This document shows positions 41,361 to 54,099 of a DNA stretch of 64,000 nucleotides, piece after piece. The notes below the pieces were generated by a model. The model did no database searches. It was not told where the DNA came from and saw nothing but the letters and a program-made list of their open reading frames with translations. Both the position numbers and the translations under genes were made by a program. The stretch's first letter is position 1. The number at the start of each line of letters is the position of its first letter. Origin of the DNA: Candidatus Rokuibacteriota bacterium (GTDB lineage Bacteria; Methylomirabilota; Methylomirabilia; Rokubacteriales; CSP1-6); NCBI GenBank assembly GCA_023248995.1, contig JAHFDN010000007.1, forward strand, positions 3,980 to 67,979, in the 5' to 3' direction.

Positions 41361-43010
41361 CTAGCCGGCGGTGTATCGCTGACGCTCTTTCGGGACGTAC
41401 CACCTGATGAAGTTGTACGAGATGCCGTTGGGCGAGGGCTCGATCCCACGCACCCGCGAGGACACCACCGGCAGCGCGTCCCGGAAATAGAGGAAAATGA
41501 CCGGTTGATCCTCGGCCAGCACCTCCTGCAGCCGATCGTAATGCTTCTTCCGCTGCTCCCTGACGCACGAGGCGCGCCCCAGCTCGAGCAGCCGATCCGC
41601 CTCGGGGTTCGCGTACGAGATGTGGTTCAGTTCGTCGGGTCCGGCCTTGGAAGAGTGCCAGACCTCGTACTGGTCGGGGTCCAGGCCGATCCCCCATCCG
41701 AGGATGATCGCCTCGAAGCGCCGCTTCTTGATGAACTCCTTGATCAACGACGCCCATTCGAGGGTGCGGATCTCCACCGCGACCCCGATCTCTCTCAGGC
41801 GTTGCTGAATGATCTCCGCGACTTTCTTGCGCTCCTCGTTCCCCTGATTGGTCAGGATCGTGAAGGCGAACGGCTGGCCGCCTTTGTCGAGGATCCCGTC
41901 GCCGTCCGCGTCCTTCCATCCCGCCTCCGCCAAGAGGCGCCGCGCCCGGTCGGGATCGTACGGGAACCGGGGCACATCGGGGTTGTAGGCCCACGTCTCC
42001 GGCTTGTACGGCCCGGTGGCCTCGCGGCCCAACCCGAGGAGCACGCCGTCGATCAGCTCCTGCTTGTTGATGGCGTGCGCGAAGGCCTGCCGGACGCGAC
42101 GGTCGGCGAAGCGCGGGTCCTTGAGGTTGAAGCCGAGGTACGTGTACGCGTTGGACGGGTACTGATACTTGACGTACGCCTTTTCGAACGCCCGGTAGGT
42201 GGTCTGCCGCGTGTACTGGATGGCCGTGAGCCCCGCAAAGTCCACGCCCTTGGCCTTCAGCTCCAGGAAGATGGTCGCCTGGCTCGGGATGATCCGGTAC
42301 ACGACGCGGGAGAGGTAGGGGCGGCCCTCGAAGTGCTCCGGGTTGGCGACGAGCACCACCCGTTCCCCGCTCTTCCACTCCACGAAGCGGTAGGCGCCGG
42401 TCCCGATCGGACGCCGGTTTTGCGGCGCCTCGCGCAGCCGGCCCTCGTGCACGTAGGAGGCCAGGAGGTGCTTCGGCAGCATGTACATGCCCCAGGTCTC
42501 CAGCGCCTGGGCGTAGGGCTTGGCGTAGCCGATGCGCAGGGTGTGGGGATCGAGAACAGCCAGGCGCGTCACCGCCAGGAAATCCTCCCTGTAGGCGGTG
42601 GGGGTCTTCGGGTCGAGCATCGTCTCGTACGTGAAACGCACGTCCTCGGCGGTGAACGGCCGGCCGTCGTGCCACTGGACGTTCTTTCGGAGCTTGAACG
42701 TCAGGGTCAGGCAGTCCCGGGAGAGCTGCCAGGACTCGGCCAGGCTCCCGACGATGTTCAGGTCCTTGTCGCGCTTGACGAGTCCATCGTAGATCAGCCC
42801 GCCGACTTCGTGTGACGCGCTGTCGGAGGTGATGTTGGGGATCAGCCCCTGAATGTCCCCGATCGAGGCCTCGATGAAGGTATCGCCGTAGGCGGGCGAC
42901 CCCGACTTGCGCGACTGGCCGTCGTCCTTGCCCTCGACCTTGACGCCACAGCCCGAGAGCCCCGGGAGGAAGGCGAGGAGGAAGAAGAGATCCCGGACCC
43001 GTAGGTTCAC
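41361..43010 (-). CDS. ABC transporter substrate-binding lipoprotein, family 5 (peptide/nickel type)
   Basis: Lipobox ..LSGCG, 549 aa, SBP_bac_5 pattern. No ATPase gene is adjacent. Confidence 0.8.
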   Translation of the reverse strand: MNLRVRDLFFLLAFLPGLSGCGVKVEGKDDGQSRKSGSPAYGDTFIEASIGDIQGLIPNITSDSASHEVGGLIYDGLVKRDKDLNIVGSLAESWQLSRDCLTLTFKLRKNVQWHDGRPFTAEDVRFTYETMLDPKTPTAYREDFLAVTRLAVLDPHTLRIGYAKPYAQALETWGMYMLPKHLLASYVHEGRLREAPQNRRPIGTGAYRFVEWKSGERVVLVANPEHFEGRPYLSRVVYRIIPSQATIFLELKAKGVDFAGLTAIQYTRQTTYRAFEKAYVKYQYPSNAYTYLGFNLKDPRFADRRVRQAFAHAINKQELIDGVLLGLGREATGPYKPETWAYNPDVPRFPYDPDRARRLLAEAGWKDADGDGILDKGGQPFAFTILTNQGNEERKKVAEIIQQRLREIGVAVEIRTLEWASLIKEFIKKRRFEAIILGWGIGLDPDQYEVWHSSKAGPDELNHISYANPEADRLLELGRASCVREQRKKHYDRLQEVLAEDQPVIFLYFRDALPVVSSRVRGIEPSPNGISYNFIRWYVPKERQRYTAG

Positions 43011-43306
43011 TGTGGGGGGGCCGGGGCAGGCGCCGGCTGCTCGACGGGAGCGGGCGTGGTCATCACGGAAGCCGAACGGCGCGACGCCATCATCGCGAGG
43101 GTGAACGATGTCACCATGAACATGATGGCCACGACCGTGGTGATCTTTCCCAGGAGGGTCGGGGTCCCCATGGAGCCGAAGACGGCCTGACTGCCCGCGC
43201 CGCCGAACGCCGAACCGATGTCGGCCCCCTTGCCGGCCTGCAACAGGACGATGGCGATGATGGCGAGGCTCACGATCACGTGGACGACGACGAGCAGAGT
43301 GTACAC
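43007..43306 (-). CDS. secG: preprotein translocase subunit SecG
   Basis: Two TM segments with ..LLQAGKGADIGSAFGGAGSQAVFG.. and a Pro/Ala tail. Confidence 0.85.
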   Translation of the reverse strand: MYTLLVVVHVIVSLAIIAIVLLQAGKGADIGSAFGGAGSQAVFGSMGTPTLLGKITTVVAIMFMVTSFTLAMMASRRSASVMTTPAPVEQPAPAPAPPQ

Positions 43307-43309
43307 GCC

Positions 43310-44089
43310 TTACTCCTTTGGGTTGGCGCCGCGGACCGCGGCCTTTTTGACGATCCCGACGAACGTGGCGGCCTGAAGGCTCGCCCCTCCCACCAGGGCT
43401 CCGTCAATCTCCGGCTCCCGCAACAACTCCGCCGCATTCTCCGGCTTCACGCTGCCGCCGTAAAGGATCCGGACGGTCTGCGCGACCTCCTTGGAGGCCA
43501 GCTCGGACAGGAGCCCGCGCAGGTAGCCGTGCACCTCCGAGGCCTGCGCTGGCGTCGCGTTGACCCCCGTCCCGATCGCCCAGATGGGCTCATACGCCAC
43601 AATACACCGCCCGATGGCGTCGGGCGAAACCCCTCCGAGGCCGGCTCTGAGCTGCCCCTCGACCGTCGTGAAGGTCAATCCCTGACTCCGCTCGTGGGCG
43701 GACTCGCCCACGCAGAGCAGCGGCACAAGTCCGTGGTGGAGCGCCGCCCGGACCTTGAGGTTCACTTGGTGATCGGCCTCCCCAAGGTGCTGCCGTCGCT
43801 CCGAGTGGCCGAGGACCACCAAGCGGCAGCCGAGCTCGACCAGCATCGCCGCCGATACCTCTCCCGTGAACGCGCCGCTCGCCTCCCAGTGGCAGTTCTG
43901 AGCGCCCAGGCCAATGGCCGATCCCGCCAGCGCGTCGGCGACGGCGGCAAGCGCGGTGAAGGGTGGACAGAGCACGACCTCGACTCCCCGCGTCCGCCGG
44001 AGCCCGTCCCGCACCTGGGCGGCCAGGACGCGCGCCTCCGCCAGCGTGCCGTGCATCTTCCAGTTGGCCACGACCATCGGCTTGCGCAT
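43310..44089 (-). CDS. tpiA: triosephosphate isomerase
   Basis: ..VVANWKMHGT..; ..AYEPIWAIGTG..; ..ILYGGSV.. Confidence 0.95.
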   Translation of the reverse strand: MRKPMVVANWKMHGTLAEARVLAAQVRDGLRRTRGVEVVLCPPFTALAAVADALAGSAIGLGAQNCHWEASGAFTGEVSAAMLVELGCRLVVLGHSERRQHLGEADHQVNLKVRAALHHGLVPLLCVGESAHERSQGLTFTTVEGQLRAGLGGVSPDAIGRCIVAYEPIWAIGTGVNATPAQASEVHGYLRGLLSELASKEVAQTVRILYGGSVKPENAAELLREPEIDGALVGGASLQAATFVGIVKKAAVRGANPKE

Positions 44090-45273
44090 CAGGGCCGGTC
44101 CGTGAGGGCCTGGACGCCGGGAAGCGCTCGGCCCTCCAGAAACTCGAGGAAGGCTCCGCCGGCGGTCGAGATGTACCCGATCTTCTCGGCGACCCCGGCC
44201 TGGTGGACGGCCGCAGCCGTGTCGCCGCCCCCGACGACCGAAAAGGCTGCCGAGGCGGCCAGGGCCCGGGCAAGCCCCAGCGTCCCCGCGGCGAACGGAG
44301 GCCTCTCGAACACGCCCATCGGCCCGTTCCAGACGACCGTTCGAGCTCCCCGGACCGCCTCGCCGAAGCGCGCCAGCGTCAGGGGCCCGATGTCGAGTCC
44401 CATGAGGTGAACCGGGATCTCCCGGACAGCGACCACGCGGCCTTCGCCGCTCTCAGGGCTCTCGGCCACCACCATGTCCACGGGAAGCACGACCCGCACC
44501 CCTCGCTGGCCGGCCTTGACCAACACGCCGCGCGCCAGTTCGATCCGCTCCGGTTCGACCAGCGAACGCCCGACGCCGTGGCCGAGAGCCGCCAGGAAGG
44601 TGAAGGCCATGCCGCCGCCGATGACAAGGGCCTCCACGCGCTCGAGCAGATTCTCGACCAACGCGAGCTTATCGGACACCTTGGCGCCTCCAAGGATGGC
44701 CACGAGCGGACGCTCGGGGCGCTCGAGGATCCGGCCCAGCGCTTCGAGCTCGCGCTGCATGAGCAGGCCTGCCGCCGCCGGAGACAGGTAGCGGGTGATG
44801 GCCTCGATGGACGCGTGAGCCCGATGGGCAGCACCAAACGCATCGTTGACGTAGCAATCGGCCAGCCGGGCCAGCGCCTGAGCGAAGGCCGCGTCGTTGG
44901 CTTCCTCCTCCGGGTGGAAGCGGAGGTTCTCGAGGAGGAGGATCTGGCCCGGCTCGAGCTGTCGGGCCCTGGCTTCCACCGCCTCCCCCACGCAGTCCGA
45001 AGCGAGCGGGACCGCTTGACCGAGCACCTCTTCGAGCCGCCGGGCGACAGGGGCCAGCGAGTAGTTCGGATCGGGCTTCCCCTTCGGCCGCCCCAGGTGG
45101 GAGGCGAGAACCACCGCGGCTCCGGCTTTGAGGCAGTGCTGGAGCGTGGGGACGATGGCCTGGAGTCGGGTATCGTCGCCGACCCGCCCTTCGGCCAGCG
45201 GGACGTTCAGATCCGCGCGAACGAAGACCCGCTTCCCCCCGAGGTCGAGATCCTCGACGGTCAGCTTCACCAT
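44089..45273 (-). CDS. pgk: phosphoglycerate kinase
   Basis: ..RVFVRADLNVP..; ..ASHLGRPKG.. Start taken at MVKLTVEDLD, 15 codons inside the track ORF. Confidence 0.9.
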   Translation of the reverse strand: MVKLTVEDLDLGGKRVFVRADLNVPLAEGRVGDDTRLQAIVPTLQHCLKAGAAVVLASHLGRPKGKPDPNYSLAPVARRLEEVLGQAVPLASDCVGEAVEARARQLEPGQILLLENLRFHPEEEANDAAFAQALARLADCYVNDAFGAAHRAHASIEAITRYLSPAAAGLLMQRELEALGRILERPERPLVAILGGAKVSDKLALVENLLERVEALVIGGGMAFTFLAALGHGVGRSLVEPERIELARGVLVKAGQRGVRVVLPVDMVVAESPESGEGRVVAVREIPVHLMGLDIGPLTLARFGEAVRGARTVVWNGPMGVFERPPFAAGTLGLARALAASAAFSVVGGGDTAAAVHQAGVAEKIGYISTAGGAFLEFLEGRALPGVQALTDRP

Positions 45274-45330
45274 GGTGAGTGGGGGACGCCGACCATCGCG
45301 CCCCTCCGTCCGGAACACGCCCTCATTCGC

Positions 45331-46335
45331 TCAGAGCGACTTGGCCATGAGGCAGATCAGGTCGCGCACCCGGCAGGAGTACCCCCACTCGTTGTCGTAC
45401 CAGGCCAGGACCTTCACGAGGTTGCCATCCACGAGAGCCGTCGAGGGGAGGTCCACGATGGACGAGTGGGGGTTACCGTTGAAATCGCACGAGACCAGCT
45501 CCTCGTCGGTGACGTCGAGGATGCCCCTCAACGGACCCGCGGCGGCCGCGCGGAAGGCCTCGTTCACGGCGTCCGCGCTCGCGGGGCGCTCCAGCTCGGC
45601 GACCAGATCCACGACAGACACGTTGGCGGTCGGGACGCGGATCGCCAGGCCGTCGAGCTTCCCCTTGAGTTGCGGGAGCACAAGTCCCACGGCGGTGGCG
45701 GCCCCCGTGGTGGTGGGAATCATCGAAAGGGCCGCCGCCCGGGCGCGGCGGAGATCCTTGTGGGGAAAATCATGGACTGGCTGGTCGTTGGTGTAGGCAT
45801 GGACCGTGGTCGCGAAGCCGCGCTTGACGCCGAAGCGGTCCACCAGGACCCGGGCCACCGTCGCCAGGCAGTTCGTCGTGCACGAGGCGTTGGAGACCAG
45901 ATGATGCCGGGCGGGGTCGTACGCCGTGTCGTTCACCCCCAGGACGATCGTCACGTCAGCGTCCTTGGCCGGGGCCGTGATGATGACCTTGCGGGCGCCG
46001 GCGGCCAGATGCTTGGAGGCCGTCCCCCGATCGCGGAAGACGCCCGTGGATTCCACCACCACGTCCACGCCCAGCTCCTTCCAGGGGAGCGCGGCCGGGT
46101 CCTTGATCGAACAGACCCGCACCTCCTTGCCGTCCACGAAGATCGCGTCACCCTTGACCACCACCTCCGCAGCGAGCCGGCCATGGACTGAATCGTGCTT
46201 GAGAAGGTGGGCGAGCGTCTTGGGGTCGGCCAGGTCGTTGACGGCCACCACGTCCAGCTCTTTCGCGTCGAGGGCCGCCCGGAAGAAGACGCGGCCAATC
46301 CGCCCGAACCCGTTCACGCCGACCCGCACGCCCAT
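45331..46335 (-). CDS. gap: glyceraldehyde-3-phosphate dehydrogenase
   Basis: ..VGVNGFGRIGR..; catalytic ..SNASCTTNCLA.. Start taken at MGVRVGV. Confidence 0.95.
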   Translation of the reverse strand: MGVRVGVNGFGRIGRVFFRAALDAKELDVVAVNDLADPKTLAHLLKHDSVHGRLAAEVVVKGDAIFVDGKEVRVCSIKDPAALPWKELGVDVVVESTGVFRDRGTASKHLAAGARKVIITAPAKDADVTIVLGVNDTAYDPARHHLVSNASCTTNCLATVARVLVDRFGVKRGFATTVHAYTNDQPVHDFPHKDLRRARAAALSMIPTTTGAATAVGLVLPQLKGKLDGLAIRVPTANVSVVDLVAELERPASADAVNEAFRAAAAGPLRGILDVTDEELVSCDFNGNPHSSIVDLPSTALVDGNLVKVLAWYDNEWGYSCRVRDLICLMAKSL

Positions 46336-46425
46336 GAGGCACTCCTTTTGCTTGAGACGGGGCAATGGATTCGTTACCACCGAAGCACCTCATTATATCG
46401 GCCCACGAAACGGAGCGTCAATGGC

Positions 46426-47199
46426 CTACGGAACCCGCGCGACCGTCAACACTCCCACCGTGGCGGCGCCCCCCGCCAGGAGCGTCCGGGCGCACTCGGA
46501 GACCGTGGCCCCCGTGGTGAAGACATCGTCGATCAGCAAGACGTGGCGTCCGGAGACGGCCCGGGGCCGGGCGACGACGAACGCGCCGCGCACGTTGCGC
46601 CGCCGCGCCCCGGCGCCCAAGTCGGTCTGCGGCAGCGTGGAACGCTGCCGCCGAAGCGCCCGCGACTCCACTGGGACCCGCCAGCACCGGCTCACGCGGC
46701 GGGCCAGAAGTCTCGCCTGATTGAACCCGCGCTCCGCCTCGCGCGCCGGATGGAGCGGGACGGGTACCAGACACCCCACGTCCCCCACGGGGATCATCAC
46801 CCTGCCCGCCTCCGCCATGAGGTCGCCCAGCGGGCGCGCCATGGCGGTCTTGCCCTCAAACTTCAGGCAATGCACCGCCTCCCGCACCCAGCCGTCGTAG
46901 AGCGTCGCGGCGCGCGCGTAGGAAAAGGGCGGGCGGCGGCGGCGGCACGGTTCGCATGGGGAGCGCTCCGCGGGGGAGCCCATCTCAAAACTCGGCAGCG
47001 GGCGGCCGCAGCGGGCGCAGTACGGTGGCAGGAGCCGCTCCAGTCGTTGCCAGCAGGACCCGCACAGCGGGTCGCGGCGGTCCTCCCCGAGACGGAGCTC
47101 GCAGAGCGGACAGAACGGGGGGAAGAGGAGATCGAGAGCGACCCTGGCCCACTCCGACAACAACGTGAGGTCAGGGTTGGGAGGTGTTCCAGCGACCAC
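46426..47199 (-). CDS. comF: ComF-family protein (phosphoribosyltransferase-like)
   Basis: N-terminal zinc-finger pairs (CPLC..CGSC; CARCG..CEPC) and a C-terminal PRTase motif (..VLLIDDVFTTGATV..). Confidence 0.75.
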   Translation of the reverse strand: MVAGTPPNPDLTLLSEWARVALDLLFPPFCPLCELRLGEDRRDPLCGSCWQRLERLLPPYCARCGRPLPSFEMGSPAERSPCEPCRRRRPPFSYARAATLYDGWVREAVHCLKFEGKTAMARPLGDLMAEAGRVMIPVGDVGCLVPVPLHPAREAERGFNQARLLARRVSRCWRVPVESRALRRQRSTLPQTDLGAGARRRNVRGAFVVARPRAVSGRHVLLIDDVFTTGATVSECARTLLAGGAATVGVLTVARVP

Positions 47200-48457
47200 A
47201 GCCAGAGCAGCGGTCCTGCCACTGGGCGTGCCCGATCCCGCAGGCGGCGCACCGGTGCGGCCATTCGAAACTCCGTGTCAGCGTCAGGGCCCGTCGGTAC
47301 TCCTGGAAGGCCTCGGCTGACTGGCCGCGGTGCTCGAAGATGGCGCCCAAATAGGCATGCAGCGGGGCGAAATCCGGCGCTCGAACCTCGACCTTCTGAA
47401 ACTGTTCCGCGGCCTCGTCGAGCATTTCGAGCTCGAAATAGACCCTCCCCAGCTCAAAAGCCAGCGCCGGGTCGTGCGGCGCGCGGGCGGCGGCGGCCGC
47501 GTGCAGGCTGATCATCCGGCTGGGGCGCCCCTCGACGCGATACGTCTGCTCCAGTCTCCGAAGGAGGACGAGCGCCGGGTTCGCCTCTGCGGCCCGCTCC
47601 CAGGCCCGAATCGCTTCGCGCTGATCGCCGACCTTCACATAGGCGTCCCCGATCCCGACCTGAGCTGGCAGAAAGCCACGGTCCGCCTTCAGCGACTCCT
47701 TGAAGCGGCTCAGGGCTTCCTCGGCCCTCCCCTCGGCCAGGAGCCCCTTGCCAATCTCATACTGAATCCCCGCGAGCCATTCGAGCTGCTGGGGGCGCTC
47801 CGCTTCGGGTACGACCTCGACGAGCCGCTCCTGGACCGACAGCGCCTCCGCCCACCGCCCCCGCTTGACGGTGAGGTCCCGGACTGCGCGGAGGGTGGCC
47901 GGGTGAGTCCGATCCCGCTGGAGAATCCGATGATAGGTCGCCAGTGCTTCGTCAACCCGCCCGGCGGAGTGATAGTCGAGGGCCACGGCCAGGAGCGTGT
48001 CGGGGCGCTCGCCAGCCCGCATGGCCTCCAGATGATGCTCGAGGGCGGCCTCGTGATCTCCCCGGGCGCGCGCCAGCTCGCCCAGCCGGGCGTGGGCGTC
48101 GCCAAAGCCGGGGTCCCGGGCGAGGAGCTCCCCGTACGCGTTGGCCGCGTCTTCGCTCCTGCCGGCCAGCTGCGCACCCAGGCCCCGATAGTAGATCTCC
48201 TGCAGGCTCTCATCACGGCGGGCGCGGCGCGCCAGCGCGTGATCACGAAAGGACCGACCCAGATCCCGGAGCACAGTCAGGGCGAGGGCGAGGCACGCGC
48301 CGGCGACAAAGGCGCCCACGACCAGCGCCATCAGAGGAAGCTCGTAGACCCAGTCGCCTCCCAGCGCGAGTCGGACGTGCGTGGCGTTGAGGGCGGTCAG
48401 GTAGGCAACGAGGGCGGCGAACAGGAGGGCCAGCAGGAGACCGAGGCGGACAGACAC
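47171..48457 (-). CDS. LapB/YciM-like TPR protein with C-terminal rubredoxin-type zinc finger
   Basis: N-terminal TM helix, multiple TPRs, C-terminal ..CAACG..CSGCGRWNT.. as in the LPS assembly regulator LapB. Confidence 0.65.
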   Translation of the reverse strand: MSVRLGLLLALLFAALVAYLTALNATHVRLALGGDWVYELPLMALVVGAFVAGACLALALTVLRDLGRSFRDHALARRARRDESLQEIYYRGLGAQLAGRSEDAANAYGELLARDPGFGDAHARLGELARARGDHEAALEHHLEAMRAGERPDTLLAVALDYHSAGRVDEALATYHRILQRDRTHPATLRAVRDLTVKRGRWAEALSVQERLVEVVPEAERPQQLEWLAGIQYEIGKGLLAEGRAEEALSRFKESLKADRGFLPAQVGIGDAYVKVGDQREAIRAWERAAEANPALVLLRRLEQTYRVEGRPSRMISLHAAAAARAPHDPALAFELGRVYFELEMLDEAAEQFQKVEVRAPDFAPLHAYLGAIFEHRGQSAEAFQEYRRALTLTRSFEWPHRCAACGIGHAQWQDRCSGCGRWNTSQP

Positions 48458-48466
48458 ACATTCACC

Positions 48467-48877
48467 TTAGCCGGTGGTCATTCGCTCCTCTTGCTCGACC
48501 AGGCGTTGGCAATCGATGCAGTACCGCGCGAACGGAAGGGCTTCCAGGCGTTTCTCCACGATCGGCTCGCCGCAGCGCTCGCAGGTGCCAAAGGTGCCCC
48601 CGTCAATCTTCTGAAGCGCCGTCACGACCTCCTTGAGGAGACGGCGATCGCCGTTGCCCAACTCGAAGAGAAATTCGCGCGTGTAGGCGGTGGTGGCCTG
48701 GTCGCCGAGATCTTTGATGGAATCATCCTCTTGGCCCTTGCCGTAGAGGGCGCTCTTGCCCACCTCTTCCACCAGCTGGCGATGCTTCTCGACCAGCTTC
48801 TTCCGGTAGTGCGCCAGTCGATCCTTCCTCATGGCCGCCTCCTCACCGCGGGGCGCTCCCCTCGGTTTTGAGGGCAT
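48467..48877 (-). CDS. dksA: DksA/TraR-family C4 zinc-finger transcription factor
   Basis: Coiled-coil plus ..CERCGEPI..RYCIDCQ.. Confidence 0.8.
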   Translation of the reverse strand: MPSKPRGAPRGEEAAMRKDRLAHYRKKLVEKHRQLVEEVGKSALYGKGQEDDSIKDLGDQATTAYTREFLFELGNGDRRLLKEVVTALQKIDGGTFGTCERCGEPIVEKRLEALPFARYCIDCQRLVEQEERMTTG

Positions 48878-48915
48878 ACGCTACCATGGCCTGTCAAGGA
48901 AATCAACCTCACGCC

Positions 48916-49272
48916 TCAGCGCTCCACCGAGAGGAGCGGGGCGTCACCCCAGAGGCGTTCCAGGGCGTAGAACTCGCGCGTCTCCTCCAGAAAGATGTGC
49001 ATCACGATGTCCCCGTAATCGAGCAGCAGCCATCCGCTTTCGCGCGTGCCTTCGCTGTGACGCGGTCGAACCCCCTCAACTTTGAGGGCATGGCGCACCG
49101 CCTCCACGATCGCCTCGAGCTGGGTGGTGGAGCTGCCGCTGCAAATCAAGAAAAAATCGGCCACTCCGGAGATTCCCTGAAGATCCAGCACCTGGAGGTC
49201 CAGGGCCTTCTTGTCCAGAGCCGCCCGGGCGCCGAGCCGAACCTTGTCCTTGGCGCTCAGCGAGGGCATCAA
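48916..49272 (-). CDS. rsfS: ribosomal silencing factor RsfS (Iojap)
   Basis: ..LDKKALDLQVLDLQGISGVADFFLICSG..; 118 aa. Confidence 0.85.
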   Translation of the reverse strand: MMPSLSAKDKVRLGARAALDKKALDLQVLDLQGISGVADFFLICSGSSTTQLEAIVEAVRHALKVEGVRPRHSEGTRESGWLLLDYGDIVMHIFLEETREFYALERLWGDAPLLSVER

Positions 49273-49970
49273 CCTCCCTCGCGGTAGAGGCGCTGCACGA
49301 GGATATACTCGCGCACCGCCTCAGGCACACGGTAGGCGAGCGAGCGCCCGTCGCGGGCGCGTCGGCGTAGCTCGGAGGAGGAAATCGGCAGCGAGGTGGC
49401 GAGGACGAGGAGGGGGCTCTTCCCCCACGTCGCGGCGGGGGCCGGCCGGGACGGCTCGATCCGGACCCAGGGGTCCTGCCCGGTCTCCGCCAGCACTTTC
49501 TGAGCCTGGACCCCGTCCGGGTCGAAGGCCGCGCCGGCCCGGGGCACCACCACCAGGCGCGCCAGTTGCGCGATCCGCTGCGGATCCCGCCAGGAGAGCA
49601 GGTCCAGGAAGGTTTCGGATCCGATGAGGAGGAACAGTTCCGCCTCCCGCCCCGCTTCCCGTCTGAGCGCCTCGAGCGTGTCCACGGTATAGGAGGGCCC
49701 GGGGCGACGGAGCTCGAGATCGGAGATGGCAAAGCGCGGGTGGCCACGGATGGCGAGCTCGGTCATCGCGTAGCGGTCTCGGGCCGGAGCGAGCCCGCGG
49801 AGAGGCTTGTGGGGCGGTGCGGCGGCGGGCACGAAGAGGATCTGGTCCACCTGGAGCAGCTCCAGGATCTCGTCGGCCAGGAGCAGGTGACCCAGGTGAA
49901 TGGGATTGAAGGATCCGCCGAAGACCCCGACGCGCGGCAACGCCCGGCTACTCCCGCACCTGGCCGTCAC
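49269..49970 (-). CDS. nadD: nicotinate-nucleotide adenylyltransferase
   Basis: ..GVFGGSFNPIHLGHL.. HxGH motif; overlaps rsfS. Confidence 0.85.
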   Translation of the reverse strand: MTARCGSSRALPRVGVFGGSFNPIHLGHLLLADEILELLQVDQILFVPAAAPPHKPLRGLAPARDRYAMTELAIRGHPRFAISDLELRRPGPSYTVDTLEALRREAGREAELFLLIGSETFLDLLSWRDPQRIAQLARLVVVPRAGAAFDPDGVQAQKVLAETGQDPWVRIEPSRPAPAATWGKSPLLVLATSLPISSSELRRRARDGRSLAYRVPEAVREYILVQRLYREGG

Positions 49971-51210
49971 CGAAGACGACGAACTTCGTGGTCGTCAGCT
50001 CCTCCACCCCCACCGGACCGCGCGCATGAAGCTTGGACGTCGAGATGCCCATCTCGGCGCCCATCCCGAATTGGCCCCCGTCGACCAGCCGGGTGGAGGC
50101 ATTCACGAGCACGCACGCCGCGTCCACCTCCTGCGTGAACCGGCGCGCGCGGCGGTAGTGGGAGGTCACGATCGCTTCGGCGAGCCCGGAGCCGTGAGCG
50201 CGAATGTGGGCGACCGCCTCCTCGAAGCTGTCCACGACCTTCACCGACAGGATCAGGTCCAAATATTCGGTGTCCCAGTCCTCGTCGGCCGCCGCCCGCG
50301 CCCGCGGGACGAGCCCCAGCGTCCGCGGACACCCGCGGATCTCCACGCCGGCCTCGAAGAGGCGCGGGGCCAGCGCCGGCAGGAGCCGGGAGGCTACCGC
50401 GCGATGAACGAGCAGGGTCTCCATGGCGTTACAGACGCCCGGCCGTTGCACTTTGGCGTTCAGCGCGATCTCGACCGCCATCGCGAGGTCCGCGTCCTCG
50501 TCCACGAAGACGTGACAGAGCCCCTTGTCGTGCTTGAGGATCGGCACCGTGGACCGCTCGGCGACCAGCCGGACGAACTCCTCCCCTCCACGCGGGATGA
50601 TGAGGTCCACGTATCGGTCCATGGCGAGGAGGGCGAGCACCGCGTCCCGGTCCGGGGTATCGATGAACTGGATCGCCTCCGGGGGGACCCCGGCCTTCTC
50701 CAGGGATTTGGCGAGGATCGTGACAATCAAGGAGTTGGAGTCCAGCGCCTCGCTCCCGCCGCGAAGGACAACGGCATTCCCGGCCTTGATGCAGAGCCCG
50801 GCGGCATCCGCTGTCACGTTGGGACGCGACTCGTAGATGAATCCCACGACGCCGAGAGGCACGCGGACCCGCGCGATTTCAAGGCCGTTGGGGCGACGCC
50901 ACACTTCGATCGTTTTGCCCACCGGGTCGGGGAGCGCCGCCACCTGACGGAGCCCCAAGGCCATCTCCTCGATGCGCGCCTCGCTGAGCGTGAGCCGATC
51001 GAGAAAGGCGCGCGAGTGCCCCCGGCTCCGGGCGCGGTCCAGGTCGGCCCGATTCGCTTCCAGGATCATGGCCGCTTTCTCCTCCAGGCCTCGACTCATC
51101 TGGAGGAGCGCGTCGTTCTTGACCTTGGCCGAGCAGAGAGCCAGCGCGCGCGAGGCTTCCTTGGCGGCGCGCGCCTTGGCCCCGACCAGTTCCCGAATCC
51201 CCATGGTCAT
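49948..51210 (-). CDS. proA: gamma-glutamyl phosphate reductase
   Basis: Aldehyde dehydrogenase family ProA pattern; 420 aa. Confidence 0.9.
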   Translation of the reverse strand: MTMGIRELVGAKARAAKEASRALALCSAKVKNDALLQMSRGLEEKAAMILEANRADLDRARSRGHSRAFLDRLTLSEARIEEMALGLRQVAALPDPVGKTIEVWRRPNGLEIARVRVPLGVVGFIYESRPNVTADAAGLCIKAGNAVVLRGGSEALDSNSLIVTILAKSLEKAGVPPEAIQFIDTPDRDAVLALLAMDRYVDLIIPRGGEEFVRLVAERSTVPILKHDKGLCHVFVDEDADLAMAVEIALNAKVQRPGVCNAMETLLVHRAVASRLLPALAPRLFEAGVEIRGCPRTLGLVPRARAAADEDWDTEYLDLILSVKVVDSFEEAVAHIRAHGSGLAEAIVTSHYRRARRFTQEVDAACVLVNASTRLVDGGQFGMGAEMGISTSKLHARGPVGVEELTTTKFVVFGDGQVRE

Positions 51211-51220
51211 CCTCCCACCG

Positions 51221-53656
<2,436 letters not shown>

Positions 53657-53660
53657 GCTT

Positions 53661-53972
53661 CTACACCTCGATTTTCGTAATCCGCACCGACGTGAAGGGC
53701 TGGCGGTGCCCCCGCTTTCGCCGGTAGTTCTTCCGCCGCTTGAACTTCACCACGGTCACCTTGGCGGCCTTGCCGTGTCCCAGCACCTCGCCGATCACCT
53801 TCGCGTTCGCCAGGGCCTTTGCCCCGACGGTCACCTGACCGTCCCGGCTGGCCAGGAGCACCGTCCGAAACTCCACGGGGTCGCCCCCGGCCTCGGGCAA
53901 CCGCTCAACCCGAATCACGTGACCAGGTGCAACCCGGTACTGCTTTCCGCCGACCGCGATCACCGCTTCCAT
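53661..53972 (-). CDS. rplU: 50S ribosomal protein L21
   Basis: [13 protein letters not shown]..; 103 aa. Confidence 0.95.
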   Translation of the reverse strand: MEAVIAVGGKQYRVAPGHVIRVERLPEAGGDPVEFRTVLLASRDGQVTVGAKALANAKVIGEVLGHGKAAKVTVVKFKRRKNYRRKRGHRQPFTSVRITKIEV

Positions 53973-54016
53973 GGATACGAAACCCTCGGAGAGAAATGAA
54001 CTGCGTTAGACGTTCA

Positions 54017-54046
54017 TTTCACCACGGATGAGCGAAAAAAGTCAAG
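54017..54046 (-). promoter_or_regulatory. candidate rplU-rpmA-obg promoter (TTGACT-N18-TGAAAT), overlapped by a 9-bp inverted repeat
   Basis: A consensus -35 in a GC-rich background. The inverted repeat GAAATGAAC-N10-GTTCATTTC (53994-54021) overlaps the -10. Confidence 0.4.
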
Positions 54047-54099
54047 GCAGAGGCGCGATTAGCTGTAGGAGCCCTCGGTGAGTCGCTTCCCCGCGAAAC